Source: an uncultured Desulfospira sp.
GTDB taxonomy: Bacteria; Desulfobacterota; Desulfobacteria; Desulfobacterales; Desulfobacteraceae
Length of the DNA: 64,000 bases
Direction: 5' to 3'
NCBI GenBank assembly: GCA_963663165.1
Contig: OY760175.1
Coordinates: forward strand, 4,736,001 to 4,800,000
Below are positions 10,533-18,531 of this stretch, piece by piece. The translations under genes and the position numbers were made by a program. Position 1 is the first letter of the stretch, and every line of letters starts with the position of its first letter. The notes below the pieces were generated by a model, which worked only from the letters and a program-made list of their open reading frames with translations, did no database searches and was not told the DNA's origin.

Positions 10533-10621
10533 ATATGAAAGACTCAGCAACCTGTTGAGTGCTTTCAATATTTGTTGTGGGCAGTTCTTGGTTGGATAAC
10601 CAAGGCGGCCCGTGGCCGTTA
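10533..10621 (+). repeat. Repeat family B (two-hairpin element, ~90 bp), copy 1
   Basis: ATATGAAAG...CTTTCA and GTGGGC..CTTGGTTGGATAACCAAG..GCCCGTGGCCGTTA; matches copies at 17009, 51833, 57891, 60307. Confidence 0.85.
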
Positions 10622-10656
10622 GTGGCCGGGTTATTGTATGTCCTGTCCATAAATTC

Positions 10657-10684
10657 GTATACCGCATTCGGTATACAGCATTCA
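10657..10684. promoter_or_regulatory. Tandem 14-bp GTATAC-containing repeat upstream of dctP; possible GntR-family operator
   Basis: GTATACCGCATTCG GTATACAGCATTCA (12/14 identical). Confidence 0.45.
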
Positions 10685-11011
10685 GTATTTATGATGCAAT
10701 ATCCATACCGACCCAATATTTTTTTCTTTTTGTATAATTATTTGAAATTATAAATATTTTTTTATAACCAGGCAGGTTGTTACGGGCTGAACTGTTATGA
10801 TATATAATAATTTTATTTGATTTTATAATTCATTTGCCAGGGTGATCCGGTGGGTTGTACCCCCCGGACGGTTTTTTAAATCAGCATGATAGGGATGGTG
10901 ACTTGTTTTTTTGCCAAAGAAAATATTGAAAATCCCCAACATTAAAAATATTACGCCTCCCCTGATGCAGTCAAGGTAAAATTCAGATATCCGGGGCAAA
11001 CAGACTTATAT

Positions 11012-11107
11012 TGGTGTTTGAACGAAAAGCCACCCATCTGCTGTGCTGCAGAAAAATTTGCATCTGGGCAACTTTTCGCCCAGACACGGGTGTATGTTCA
11101 GGCAATA
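11012..11107 (+). repeat. Repeat family A (MITE-like), internally deleted copy
   Basis: GTGTTTGAACGAAAAG.CACCCATCTGCTG...GCATCTGGGCAACTTTTCGCCC. Confidence 0.85.
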
Positions 11108-11125
11108 TATTATGGTTGGCGGGCA

Positions 11126-12541
11126 CTATCGTTTAAAGCGGGTTTTATCAAGCCCCAGTTTTTTCATTTTGCCGTACAGCCCCCGTGGGTGAATCCCGGC
11201 AATTTCGGCGGCTTCCCCGATCCGGCCGCTGGTCTTTGTTAACACGACCTCAAAGTATCGCTTTTCAACTTGATCCAGAATGGCCTGTTTGACCTGTGCC
11301 AGTGTTTTGGTTCCCCAGGCTTCTATGTCTTCGGGCAAAAGAGAAAGGGCGTTTTTGGCCTGAGATTCTTTATCATGGAGGGTAGAGGGAAGATTTTCAA
11401 TGGAGATTTCACCTGATTTGCACAGCAGGACCGCCCGTTCAATGACATTCATGAGTTCGCGAATATTGCCCGGCCAGGCATAGCGGCCGAGGGCTTTCAT
11501 GGCCGATGGGGAAAACCGGTTGATCTCCCGGCCCAGTTTTTTGGCATAGACATTAAGGAAATGACTGGCCATGGCCGGGATGTCTTCTTTTCGTTTTCTT
11601 AAGGGGGGCAGGGTCAGGGTGACCACGCCGAGCCGGTAAAACAAATCCTGTCTGAAATTGCCTTTCTCCACCTCTTTTTCAAGATCTTTGTTGGTGGCGG
11701 CAATGATCCGGACGTTTACCCAGACGGATTTTTCACTGCCCACGGGCGTGAATTCAAAATCCTGAAGGACCCGCAATAGCTTGGACTGCATCAGTAGGGG
11801 CATTTCGCCGATTTCATCCAGGAAAAGTGTGCCCTGGTGGGCCATTTCAAAGGCCCCCCGCCGGGACCGGACCGCACCGGTAAACGCCCCCTGTTCATGA
11901 CCGAATAATTCACTTTCCATGAGCTGGTCCGGAATGGCGGCCATGTTAACGGGAATAAACGGGCCGGATGACCGCGGGCTTTCAGCGTGTATGGCCTTTG
12001 CCAGGTGTTCTTTGCCGGTGCCGGTCTCCCCTAAAATCAACAGGGTGGCATCACTGGAGACCACCTGCAATGTCTCGTCAAGGAATATCTGCATCTCTTT
12101 GCTGTTGGATGTGAAGTCATTGAGCCGGGGCAAAAACCGGCCCCGCTGATCAAACCGGTGGGCATAGTGAAATATCCGCCTGGATTCGATGGTACTCTCA
12201 ATGGCTTCGCAAATGCTGTCAAACGGGACCCCTGAGTAGAGAACCACATCAGAGCCCATGGCCAGGAGCGCCGCATGTTCCTCGGAGGATTCCCTGTCAT
12301 CCAGTATGATGGTGACCGGTTTTTCGGGCAGTTCGTTGAGTATGGCGATGTTGGATTCTATGGGGGGGGGGATCAGCCGTCTGCTGACGATGAAGATGTC
12401 TGCACAGCTTCTGACCATTTCCTGCCAGGGTATTTTTTGCTCCCGGGTAATTTCCAGCTGGACATCAAGCTGGGATAATCGGTTTTTCAATTTCGGCAAC
12501 AGTTTTTTTTCGCTGATGGCACAGATGACACGGATCAGCAT
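11126..12541 (-). CDS. Sigma54-dependent enhancer-binding activator with degenerate receiver-like N-terminal domain
   Basis: [36 protein letters not shown] and Fis HTH; N-domain lacks the canonical acidic pocket and phospho-Asp. Confidence 0.93.
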   Translation of the reverse strand: MLIRVICAISEKKLLPKLKNRLSQLDVQLEITREQKIPWQEMVRSCADIFIVSRRLIPPPIESNIAILNELPEKPVTIILDDRESSEEHAALLAMGSDVVLYSGVPFDSICEAIESTIESRRIFHYAHRFDQRGRFLPRLNDFTSNSKEMQIFLDETLQVVSSDATLLILGETGTGKEHLAKAIHAESPRSSGPFIPVNMAAIPDQLMESELFGHEQGAFTGAVRSRRGAFEMAHQGTLFLDEIGEMPLLMQSKLLRVLQDFEFTPVGSEKSVWVNVRIIAATNKDLEKEVEKGNFRQDLFYRLGVVTLTLPPLRKRKEDIPAMASHFLNVYAKKLGREINRFSPSAMKALGRYAWPGNIRELMNVIERAVLLCKSGEISIENLPSTLHDKESQAKNALSLLPEDIEAWGTKTLAQVKQAILDQVEKRYFEVVLTKTSGRIGEAAEIAGIHPRGLYGKMKKLGLDKTRFKR

Positions 12542-12581
12542 CTGTCCGTCCTCCCGTTGATAATGTCTACTGATAATTTCG

Positions 12582-12734
12582 ACCGATAATTTCGGTAAAA
12601 AACTACCGAAATGATGAAAACATACTTATTTGTATGGGGAATATTCCCATCATGTCGACCCTATGTATCACATTTTTCAGAAAATTAATACCGAAAATAT
12701 TATTTGTCGGTAATTTTATACCGAAAAAAGCGGT
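12582..12734. promoter_or_regulatory. Putative upstream activator sites ACCG-N7-CGGT
   Basis: ACCGATAATTTCGGT at 12582-12596 and ACCGAAAAAAGCGGT at 12720-12734, with extra TACCGAAA half-sites between them. Confidence 0.6.
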
Positions 12735-12810
12735 GAAATTTATGGGCTGTTTATCTTATAAGTAGTTGTTTTTATATGATTTATTAAAAAGTTATGATTT
12801 TTATTTTCCA

Positions 12811-12826
12811 TGGCACAATAGATGCT
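12811..12826 (+). promoter_or_regulatory. Sigma54 -24/-12 promoter
   Basis: TGGCACAATAGATGCT: GG-N10-GC with a perfect TGGCAC; adjacent to a divergent sigma54 activator gene. Confidence 0.85.
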
Positions 12827-12879
12827 GAAGGGGGGGGTGAAGTCCAATTCGGGCTGAACGTCTAAAAAAGGATCTTAAG

Positions 12880-13038
12880 ATGAACAGGGAAAAGATTGGA
12901 AAGACAAACCACAAGGCCCCCAGATTCAAGGATTACAGTGACGACTCTCTGGGGTGGGAAGAACGGCTGAATATGAAAAAAAACCGTAAGAAAAGAAAAT
13001 CCAAACGAAAAGATTTTGAGTTTAAGAACGAATATTAA
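12880..13038 (+). CDS. Unannotated 52-aa basic small protein MNREKIGKTNHKAPRFKDYSDDSLGWEERLNMKKNRKKRKSKRKDFEFKNEY
   Basis: Translated by hand; AAAGGA RBS before ATG 12880; first ORF after the sigma54 promoter; stops 28 nt before the speD-like ATG. Confidence 0.6.
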   Translation: MNREKIGKTNHKAPRFKDYSDDSLGWEERLNMKKNRKKRKSKRKDFEFKNEY

Positions 13039-13066
13039 CCCCATCAGGGAAAGGAAACAAATAAAA

Positions 13067-13480
13067 ATGAATACATCTGCTGCAACGGCTTTAAAAATTG
13101 ACCCTTCAAATTTTCAGAATAGCGCGCCGGATGTCTGGGGGATTGCTTCTGCCATTGACATATACGAGTGCGATCCTGAAAAAATCAGAGATGCCGAGTT
13201 CATCAAACAATTTGTCGTGGAATTGTGTGATCTCATTGAGATGAAACGTTTTGGGGAAACCCAGGTTGTCCATTTTGGCGAGGATGAAAAAGTGGCCGGC
13301 TTTTCCATGATTCAGCTCATTGAAACCTCTCTGATTTCGGGTCATTTTGCCAACCTGACCAATGCGGTCTACCTGGATGTATTCAGCTGTAAAGCCTATG
13401 ATCCCGCAGTAGTCCGGGAATTTTCCCAAAAAGCCTTTGGCGGGGCCTGGTCCCATATCAATGTCACCTACCGGAAGTAA
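13067..13480 (+). CDS. Pyruvoyl-dependent S-adenosylmethionine decarboxylase-family (SpeD-like) proenzyme
   Basis: QLIETSLISGHF self-cleavage segment (Ser becomes pyruvoyl) and YLDVFSCK; AAGGA RBS before ATG 13067. Confidence 0.85.
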   Translation: MNTSAATALKIDPSNFQNSAPDVWGIASAIDIYECDPEKIRDAEFIKQFVVELCDLIEMKRFGETQVVHFGEDEKVAGFSMIQLIETSLISGHFANLTNAVYLDVFSCKAYDPAVVREFSQKAFGGAWSHINVTYRK

Positions 13481-13488
13481 GGTGGAAT

Positions 13489-14511
13489 ATGAAACTTAAG
13501 ATCTATACCGATATCCGGGACTGCCAAACCCTGTGGGAGAGGCTCTGGCCGGAAAAAGAACTCTTTGACCTCTGGCAGGTCAGGGCCTGCTTCCATGAGC
13601 AGTTTCAGCGGCCGCTCAGATTTCATACGGTTGAATCCGACGGCCGGGTCCTGGGATTTTTGCCCTTAAGCTGGTGCGAAGAGTCAAACCAGTATGTTAT
13701 TTTTCCGGGAGAAACCTGGCATGGCAAGACCTGGATAGAGCAAAACCGGATCATTGCCCGGGACAAAGAGATCTTCGAGATGCTGATCCAGGCCGTGCCG
13801 GGACCGGTTCATCTAAGGTATCTGAGCCCAAGCCCGTTACTGGATACCCTGGGCCGGGCAACCGAGGACGAAAAGGGATACCTGTTTTATCCGGGCATCT
13901 TCAATTATAATTTTGAAAATTACTGGCTGGGGTTTTCCGGCAAATCCAGAAAAAACATTAAAAAAGAGATGGCCGCCCTTGAGGCCCTTAAGGTGAGTTT
14001 CAGGATCAATGAACTGGCGGATCTTGAAGACCTGTTCCGCCTGAACACCACCTCTTTTGTGGCCAATTCCTATTTTCATGACCCGCGGTTTCATGGGGCA
14101 TTCCAGCGGCTTGCCGTGCTGCTCAAAGAAATGGGTTGCCTGAGAATGACGGCCATCCGCATTGGCGGCCAGACAGCGGCAGTGGATATGGGCGCGGTGT
14201 TCAACAATACCTACACCCTCCTGGCAGGGGGCACCAGCCCCTGTTTTAAAGGGGTCGCAAAGCTGATTAACCTTCATCACATCGAGTGGGCCTGTAAAAA
14301 CCAAATCGGCACAGTGGATTTCCTTTGTGGCGATTTTAACTGGAAAGAACGGTTTCATCTTACCCCGAGACCCTTGTTTCTCATCGACGGCCAGGGCCCG
14401 GCCTGCCCGGTGCAAAATTTAATAGATCCCAAAGACTTTTATATCCGGGAAGCCGGGAACCAAACGGTTTCAGGTCCGGCACACGGCCATGAAGAACGCA
14501 TCTGCGCGTAG
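13489..14511 (+). CDS. GNAT-superfamily protein (Acetyltransf_6 / CelD-BcsL / Fem-like double fold)
   Basis: FENYWLGFSGKSRKNIKK and VDFLCGDFNWKERF motifs. Confidence 0.75.
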   Translation: MKLKIYTDIRDCQTLWERLWPEKELFDLWQVRACFHEQFQRPLRFHTVESDGRVLGFLPLSWCEESNQYVIFPGETWHGKTWIEQNRIIARDKEIFEMLIQAVPGPVHLRYLSPSPLLDTLGRATEDEKGYLFYPGIFNYNFENYWLGFSGKSRKNIKKEMAALEALKVSFRINELADLEDLFRLNTTSFVANSYFHDPRFHGAFQRLAVLLKEMGCLRMTAIRIGGQTAAVDMGAVFNNTYTLLAGGTSPCFKGVAKLINLHHIEWACKNQIGTVDFLCGDFNWKERFHLTPRPLFLIDGQGPACPVQNLIDPKDFYIREAGNQTVSGPAHGHEERICA

Positions 14512-15772
14512 CAAGGATCAAGTGCTGGTTGTCGGCACAACACCGGATTATATTCACTTTATACGGGAGAATTATCCCGGCAGGGCCCTGTTCCTGACAG
14601 ACCCAAAGGCCAGGCGCGGTGCCGCCGAGCCTGCCCCTTGTGCCGGTGAAGAGATCCTGGTGGGGCTATATAATGAACAAGTCGTCTTGAAGGTCCTTTC
14701 CTCGCATTTGAGAACCCACGGGATAAAGATTTCCGGGGTGGCCTGTTTTGACTGTGAGGCCTTGGAGCTGGCTGCTGTGATCGCATCAGAGTTTGGCCTG
14801 GGCTTTGTGAGCGTCGAAGCGGTCCGCAACTGCCGGGACAAGTTTGTGTGCAAACAGATCTGGCAGGAAAATCAGATCCCGTGCCCTGAAATCCAGCCGG
14901 TGAATACCCTGGAACAGGCCCAGGCGTTTCTTAGGGAATGTCCCCGCGGGATTGTCCTCAAGCCCTTTTACGGCAGCGGCAGTGAGCTGGTGTTCCGATG
15001 CAAAACAGCAACAGACTGTGAAACCTCGTTTAACACCATCCGGGAAGGGCTTGGCAAAAGAAAGTCCCACCCGCTGTTTAAAAAACAATCTTCAACCCGG
15101 TTTCTCATGCTGGCCGAGGAATTTGCAGAAGGCCCCGAGTACAGCTGTGACATGTTCATCGACAACGGCGCGGTTAGAATGATTCGCCTGGCCAAAAAAA
15201 TAAAGCTGCCATACCAGCCCTTTGGCACCATTGCCGGATATATCCTGCCGGCCAGACTGCCCGAAGGCATGGATGGCGGCCAGTTTGAAGCCATGCTGCT
15301 GAAGAGCGCCCGGGTTCTCGGGGTCAACAAAGGGATTTGTATGGTGGATTTTGTGGTTAATGATCTCGAGGCAAAGCTCATTGAGCTGACCCCCCGCCCG
15401 GGCGGGGACTGTCTGCCCGAGCTCATGAGGACGGCCGGGAACCTGGATATGATCGGGTTAACCCTGGATTTCGCACAGAAAAGGCCCATCAATTTAAATG
15501 ATACCAAAGGTTTCCCCGTTCATATCGGGTTAAGAATCCATGCCCATAAAGCCGGGGTTTTAAAATCCTTTAACATGGATGAACTGGCATCTGACAGCCG
15601 GATTAAACGAATCAATATTACCCGGAAACCCGGCCATCGGATTACCATGCCGCCGGAGGATTATGACTCCTGGCTTCTTGGCCACATGATTATCAAGCCT
15701 GAAAAGTCCAGCCATCTGGAGTCCCAGAGCCTTTTGATCGGCAAGCGTTTGAAAGTGGAGATCGCGTCATGA
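14489..15772 (+). CDS. ATP-grasp amide ligase (L-amino-acid ligase-like)
   Basis: CRDKFVCK, VLKPFYGSGSELV, EEFAEGPEYS, LIELTPRPGG. Confidence 0.88.
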   Translation: MKNASARSKDQVLVVGTTPDYIHFIRENYPGRALFLTDPKARRGAAEPAPCAGEEILVGLYNEQVVLKVLSSHLRTHGIKISGVACFDCEALELAAVIASEFGLGFVSVEAVRNCRDKFVCKQIWQENQIPCPEIQPVNTLEQAQAFLRECPRGIVLKPFYGSGSELVFRCKTATDCETSFNTIREGLGKRKSHPLFKKQSSTRFLMLAEEFAEGPEYSCDMFIDNGAVRMIRLAKKIKLPYQPFGTIAGYILPARLPEGMDGGQFEAMLLKSARVLGVNKGICMVDFVVNDLEAKLIELTPRPGGDCLPELMRTAGNLDMIGLTLDFAQKRPINLNDTKGFPVHIGLRIHAHKAGVLKSFNMDELASDSRIKRINITRKPGHRITMPPEDYDSWLLGHMIIKPEKSSHLESQSLLIGKRLKVEIAS

Positions 15773-17025
15773 CCCCGGCCTGTGAAAGCACGGTATTGTC
15801 TAAACCTTATTTAAACGACTTTATTGACGGGTTTCTGGCAAGGCGGCAGCTTTTCTGCCGCCTGACGGAACAATTCGGCTCTCCCCTTTATGTACTGGAA
15901 ACCCCGGTGCTTCAACGCCGGGCCCAGCAGTTTAAAACTGCCATGAGCAGCCGGCTGCCGGACTGCGGGTTTTATTTTGCCGTGAAAAGCAACGCCATGC
16001 CCGAGATTTCCAGGGGCCTGCTGGGCCAGGGCTTTGGACTGGATGTTTCCAGCGGGGTGGAACTATCCCTGGCGCTTGGTCTTGGCGCTAAGGCCATTGT
16101 ATTTTCCGGCCCGGGAAAAACCCGGGCCGAACTTGAACAGGCCGTGGACCATGCCGACAAGGTAACGGTGCTGCTGGACAGTGAAGGTGAGCTTGGCCGG
16201 CTAAACGCCGTTGCCAAAGAAAAAAACAAACCGGTTCATGTGGGGCTGCGGCTGAACACCAACCCTGAGGGGGTGTGGAGAAAATTCGGTATCCTTTTGG
16301 AGGAGCTTGGGCCGTTATACGATCAGATCAGGGATTCCGATTACCTTAAGTTTTCTGGATTGCAGTTTCACTCTTCATGGAACCTGGGCCCGGAACGGCA
16401 GACAGCGTTTATCAAACAGCTTGGCGAGCATTTGAAAGCCATGCCGGACCGCTTTTTTGAGGATTTGAATTTCATTGATATCGGCGGGGGATACTGGCCT
16501 TCCCAGGGGGAGTGGCTGGTTTCTGAAAACCCGCTGGTTCACACCCATATCCAGGCGGCATCCATTGAGATATTTGCCGACTGCCTGGCCTCGGCTTTAA
16601 CGGCGCATATTTTCCCCTTGAAGCCCTGCCGGATCTGTTTTGAGCCCGGCCGCTGGATCTGCAATGATGCCATGCATATCCTCATTACCGTGGTGGACTG
16701 CAAAACCAAAGATCTGGTGATCACAGACGCCGGGACCAATGCCATCGGCTGGGAGCGCTTTGAAACCGACTATTTCCCGGTGATCAACCTGACAAGGGCC
16801 AGTCTTGAGGAAAAACCCTGCCAGATCTTAGGGTCATTGTGTACCCCCCATGATGTCTGGGGCCAGGCCTATTTTGGAAAAGAAATTTTAGAGGGGGATG
16901 TGCTGATGATCCCCACCCAGGGCGCCTATACCTACAGTTTAAGGCAAAATTTTATCAAACCGTTGCCTCACATTGTTGTGGTTGATGAGAACAATCCCCC
17001 CTTTTGTATAACAGCCACGGGCTGA
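15769..17025 (+). CDS. PLP fold-III decarboxylase (LysA/BtrK/Orn-DAP-Arg family)
   Basis: YFAVKSN (PLP Lys), SGPGKT, IDIGGG, FEPGRW, GSLCTPHD, GAYT. Confidence 0.9.
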   Translation: MTPACESTVLSKPYLNDFIDGFLARRQLFCRLTEQFGSPLYVLETPVLQRRAQQFKTAMSSRLPDCGFYFAVKSNAMPEISRGLLGQGFGLDVSSGVELSLALGLGAKAIVFSGPGKTRAELEQAVDHADKVTVLLDSEGELGRLNAVAKEKNKPVHVGLRLNTNPEGVWRKFGILLEELGPLYDQIRDSDYLKFSGLQFHSSWNLGPERQTAFIKQLGEHLKAMPDRFFEDLNFIDIGGGYWPSQGEWLVSENPLVHTHIQAASIEIFADCLASALTAHIFPLKPCRICFEPGRWICNDAMHILITVVDCKTKDLVITDAGTNAIGWERFETDYFPVINLTRASLEEKPCQILGSLCTPHDVWGQAYFGKEILEGDVLMIPTQGAYTYSLRQNFIKPLPHIVVVDENNPPFCITATG

Positions 17026-17099
17026 TTTGGTTATCCAACCAAGATCCGCCCACAACAAATAATGAAAGTCCTCTCAAGATGTTAGTGAGACTTTTATAT
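17009..17099 (-). repeat. Repeat family B copy 2; overlaps the decarboxylase stop codon
   Basis: Reverse complement ATATAAAAGTCTCACTAACATC...CTTGGTTGGATAACCAA...CCCGTGGCTGTTA. Confidence 0.85.
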
Positions 17100-17104
17100 A
17101 AAAT

Positions 17105-17272
17105 TAGTGTCTGAACGAAAATCCGTGTTTGGGCGAAAGGTTGCTTAAGATGCAAGGCGTAACCAAAGGTCAGAAACCAGAAAAATTTGCAACTGGAGCA
17201 ACCATAAGGGTTGTGAGGATTGCAAATTTTTTTTGCAACACGGCAGATGGGTGACCTTTCATTCAAACACTA
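17105..17272 (-). repeat. Repeat family A (MITE-like), full-length copy
   Basis: Terminal inverted repeats TAGTGTCTGAAC...TTCAAACACTA; internal hairpin AAAATTTGCAA...TTGCAAATTTT. Confidence 0.9.
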
Positions 17273-17289
17273 AATTAAAGGAGCAAGCC

Positions 17290-17463
17290 ATGAGTTATGA
17301 TTTCTGCTTAAGCTGCGGTGTTCTGCTGGCACCCGGGGTTGTTCAATGTCCGGTGTGCGGCTTTGACAACGCATTTGATGAACAAGAGGACCCCGTCATT
17401 GATGACCGGTTTATTCATCATTTTAATGATGAGTTTATCCTGGACGGTGATTATCCGGATTGA
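17290..17463 (+). CDS. 57-aa acidic zinc-ribbon protein
   Basis: CLSCG...CPVCG; 13 Asp/Glu vs 1 Arg; AAGGAG RBS. Confidence 0.75.
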   Translation: MSYDFCLSCGVLLAPGVVQCPVCGFDNAFDEQEDPVIDDRFIHHFNDEFILDGDYPD

Positions 17464-17504
17464 TCAGAACAACCATTTGAAACCATAAGAAAAAGGGTAT
17501 CATC

Positions 17505-17864
17505 ATGGAAGAACAACAATTGAATTGGTTCAAGGAGATCCTTGAGCGGCAACTTGAAATCCTGCTGGTTCAATCCGGACATGCGGTTTCAGAGCTGCTG
17601 TCCGAAAATTCCCGGGAAATTGACGATTTCGATCAGGTGCTTGTTGCCGCAGACCGGGCGTTGAAGCTGCGGATCAAGTCCAGAGAGAGCCATTTGATTA
17701 AAAAAATCGTAAAGGCCCTTAAAAGTATTGAAGACAAGACCTTCGGCACCTGTGAAATATGCGGGGATGAGATCGGCATCCGAAGGCTTGAAGCCAGGCC
17801 GGTGGCCACCAAATGTATCCGCTGCAAGACAGAAGAAGAACGGCTTGAACGGCTGGCCGGGTGA
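17505..17864 (+). CDS. dksA: DksA/TraR-family C4 zinc-finger RNA polymerase-binding protein
   Basis: Coiled coil plus FGTCEICGDEIGIRRLEARPVATKCIRCK. Confidence 0.88.
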   Translation: MEEQQLNWFKEILERQLEILLVQSGHAVSELLSENSREIDDFDQVLVAADRALKLRIKSRESHLIKKIVKALKSIEDKTFGTCEICGDEIGIRRLEARPVATKCIRCKTEEERLERLAG

Positions 17865-17902
17865 GATGTATGTAAAACATCTCGTTGCCTGACGGTAATG
17901 AT

Positions 17903-17933
17903 AAAAAAGGCCCTGGTTTTCCAGGGCCTTTTT
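17903..17933. terminator. Bidirectional terminator
   Basis: AAAAAAGGCCCTGG TTTT CCAGGGCCTTTTT. Confidence 0.88.
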
Positions 17934-17934
17934 G

Positions 17935-18417
17935 TTACATCTTGTATCCGATAGTTCTCAAAAAGCCTTTCCGCCGTTTGATATCTTCTTCATTTTCAAT
18001 GCCTTTGGGAGAGAATCCGTCAATAATGCCAAGGACCCCCCGCCCCTGTTCGGTTTCCGCGATGATGACCTGGACCGGGTTGGCCGTGGCGCAGTGGATC
18101 CGGCAGACTTCAGGCACGTTCTGGATGGTGTTCAGGATGTTGATGGGAAACATATCTTTCATGAAAATGATAAACGAGTGGCCGGCACCAATCTCCCAGG
18201 CATTTTTTCTGGCCAGTTCAATCAGGGCCTCGTCAGTGCCGCTGTAGCGCACCAGCTGTTCAATAGACGCCTCGCAGAAAGCCACGCCGAATTTGGCATT
18301 GGGCACGGTGTTGACAATGGCTTCGTGGATATCTTCTATGGTTTTGATAAAATGGGAATGGCCAAAGATCATGTTCAGCTCATCCGGATTTTCAATGGTT
18401 ACGGTTTTCAGTTCCAT
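17935..18417 (-). CDS. Adenosine-specific kinase family protein
   Basis: GHSHFIKT, FGVAFCEAS, CATANPVQV, GRGVLGIIDG, FLRTIGYK. Confidence 0.85.
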   Translation of the reverse strand: MELKTVTIENPDELNMIFGHSHFIKTIEDIHEAIVNTVPNAKFGVAFCEASIEQLVRYSGTDEALIELARKNAWEIGAGHSFIIFMKDMFPINILNTIQNVPEVCRIHCATANPVQVIIAETEQGRGVLGIIDGFSPKGIENEEDIKRRKGFLRTIGYKM

Positions 18418-18531
18418 GGGACGCTCCTTTCTTGGTTAAGGTTGGTGCCGGGCAGGGCATATCTGTTATGGCAAGTTTTCTTTGTATACAACAAATATTG
18501 AAACCTATCCAACGATTTGCTGTTATTGAGG

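Noticed and set aside
12940..12966. DSLGWEE in the 52-aa peptide as an acyl-carrier phosphopantetheine site
   Set aside because: The motif resembles DSLxxxE, but the protein is too short and too basic for an ACP four-helix bundle, and no PPTase is nearby.
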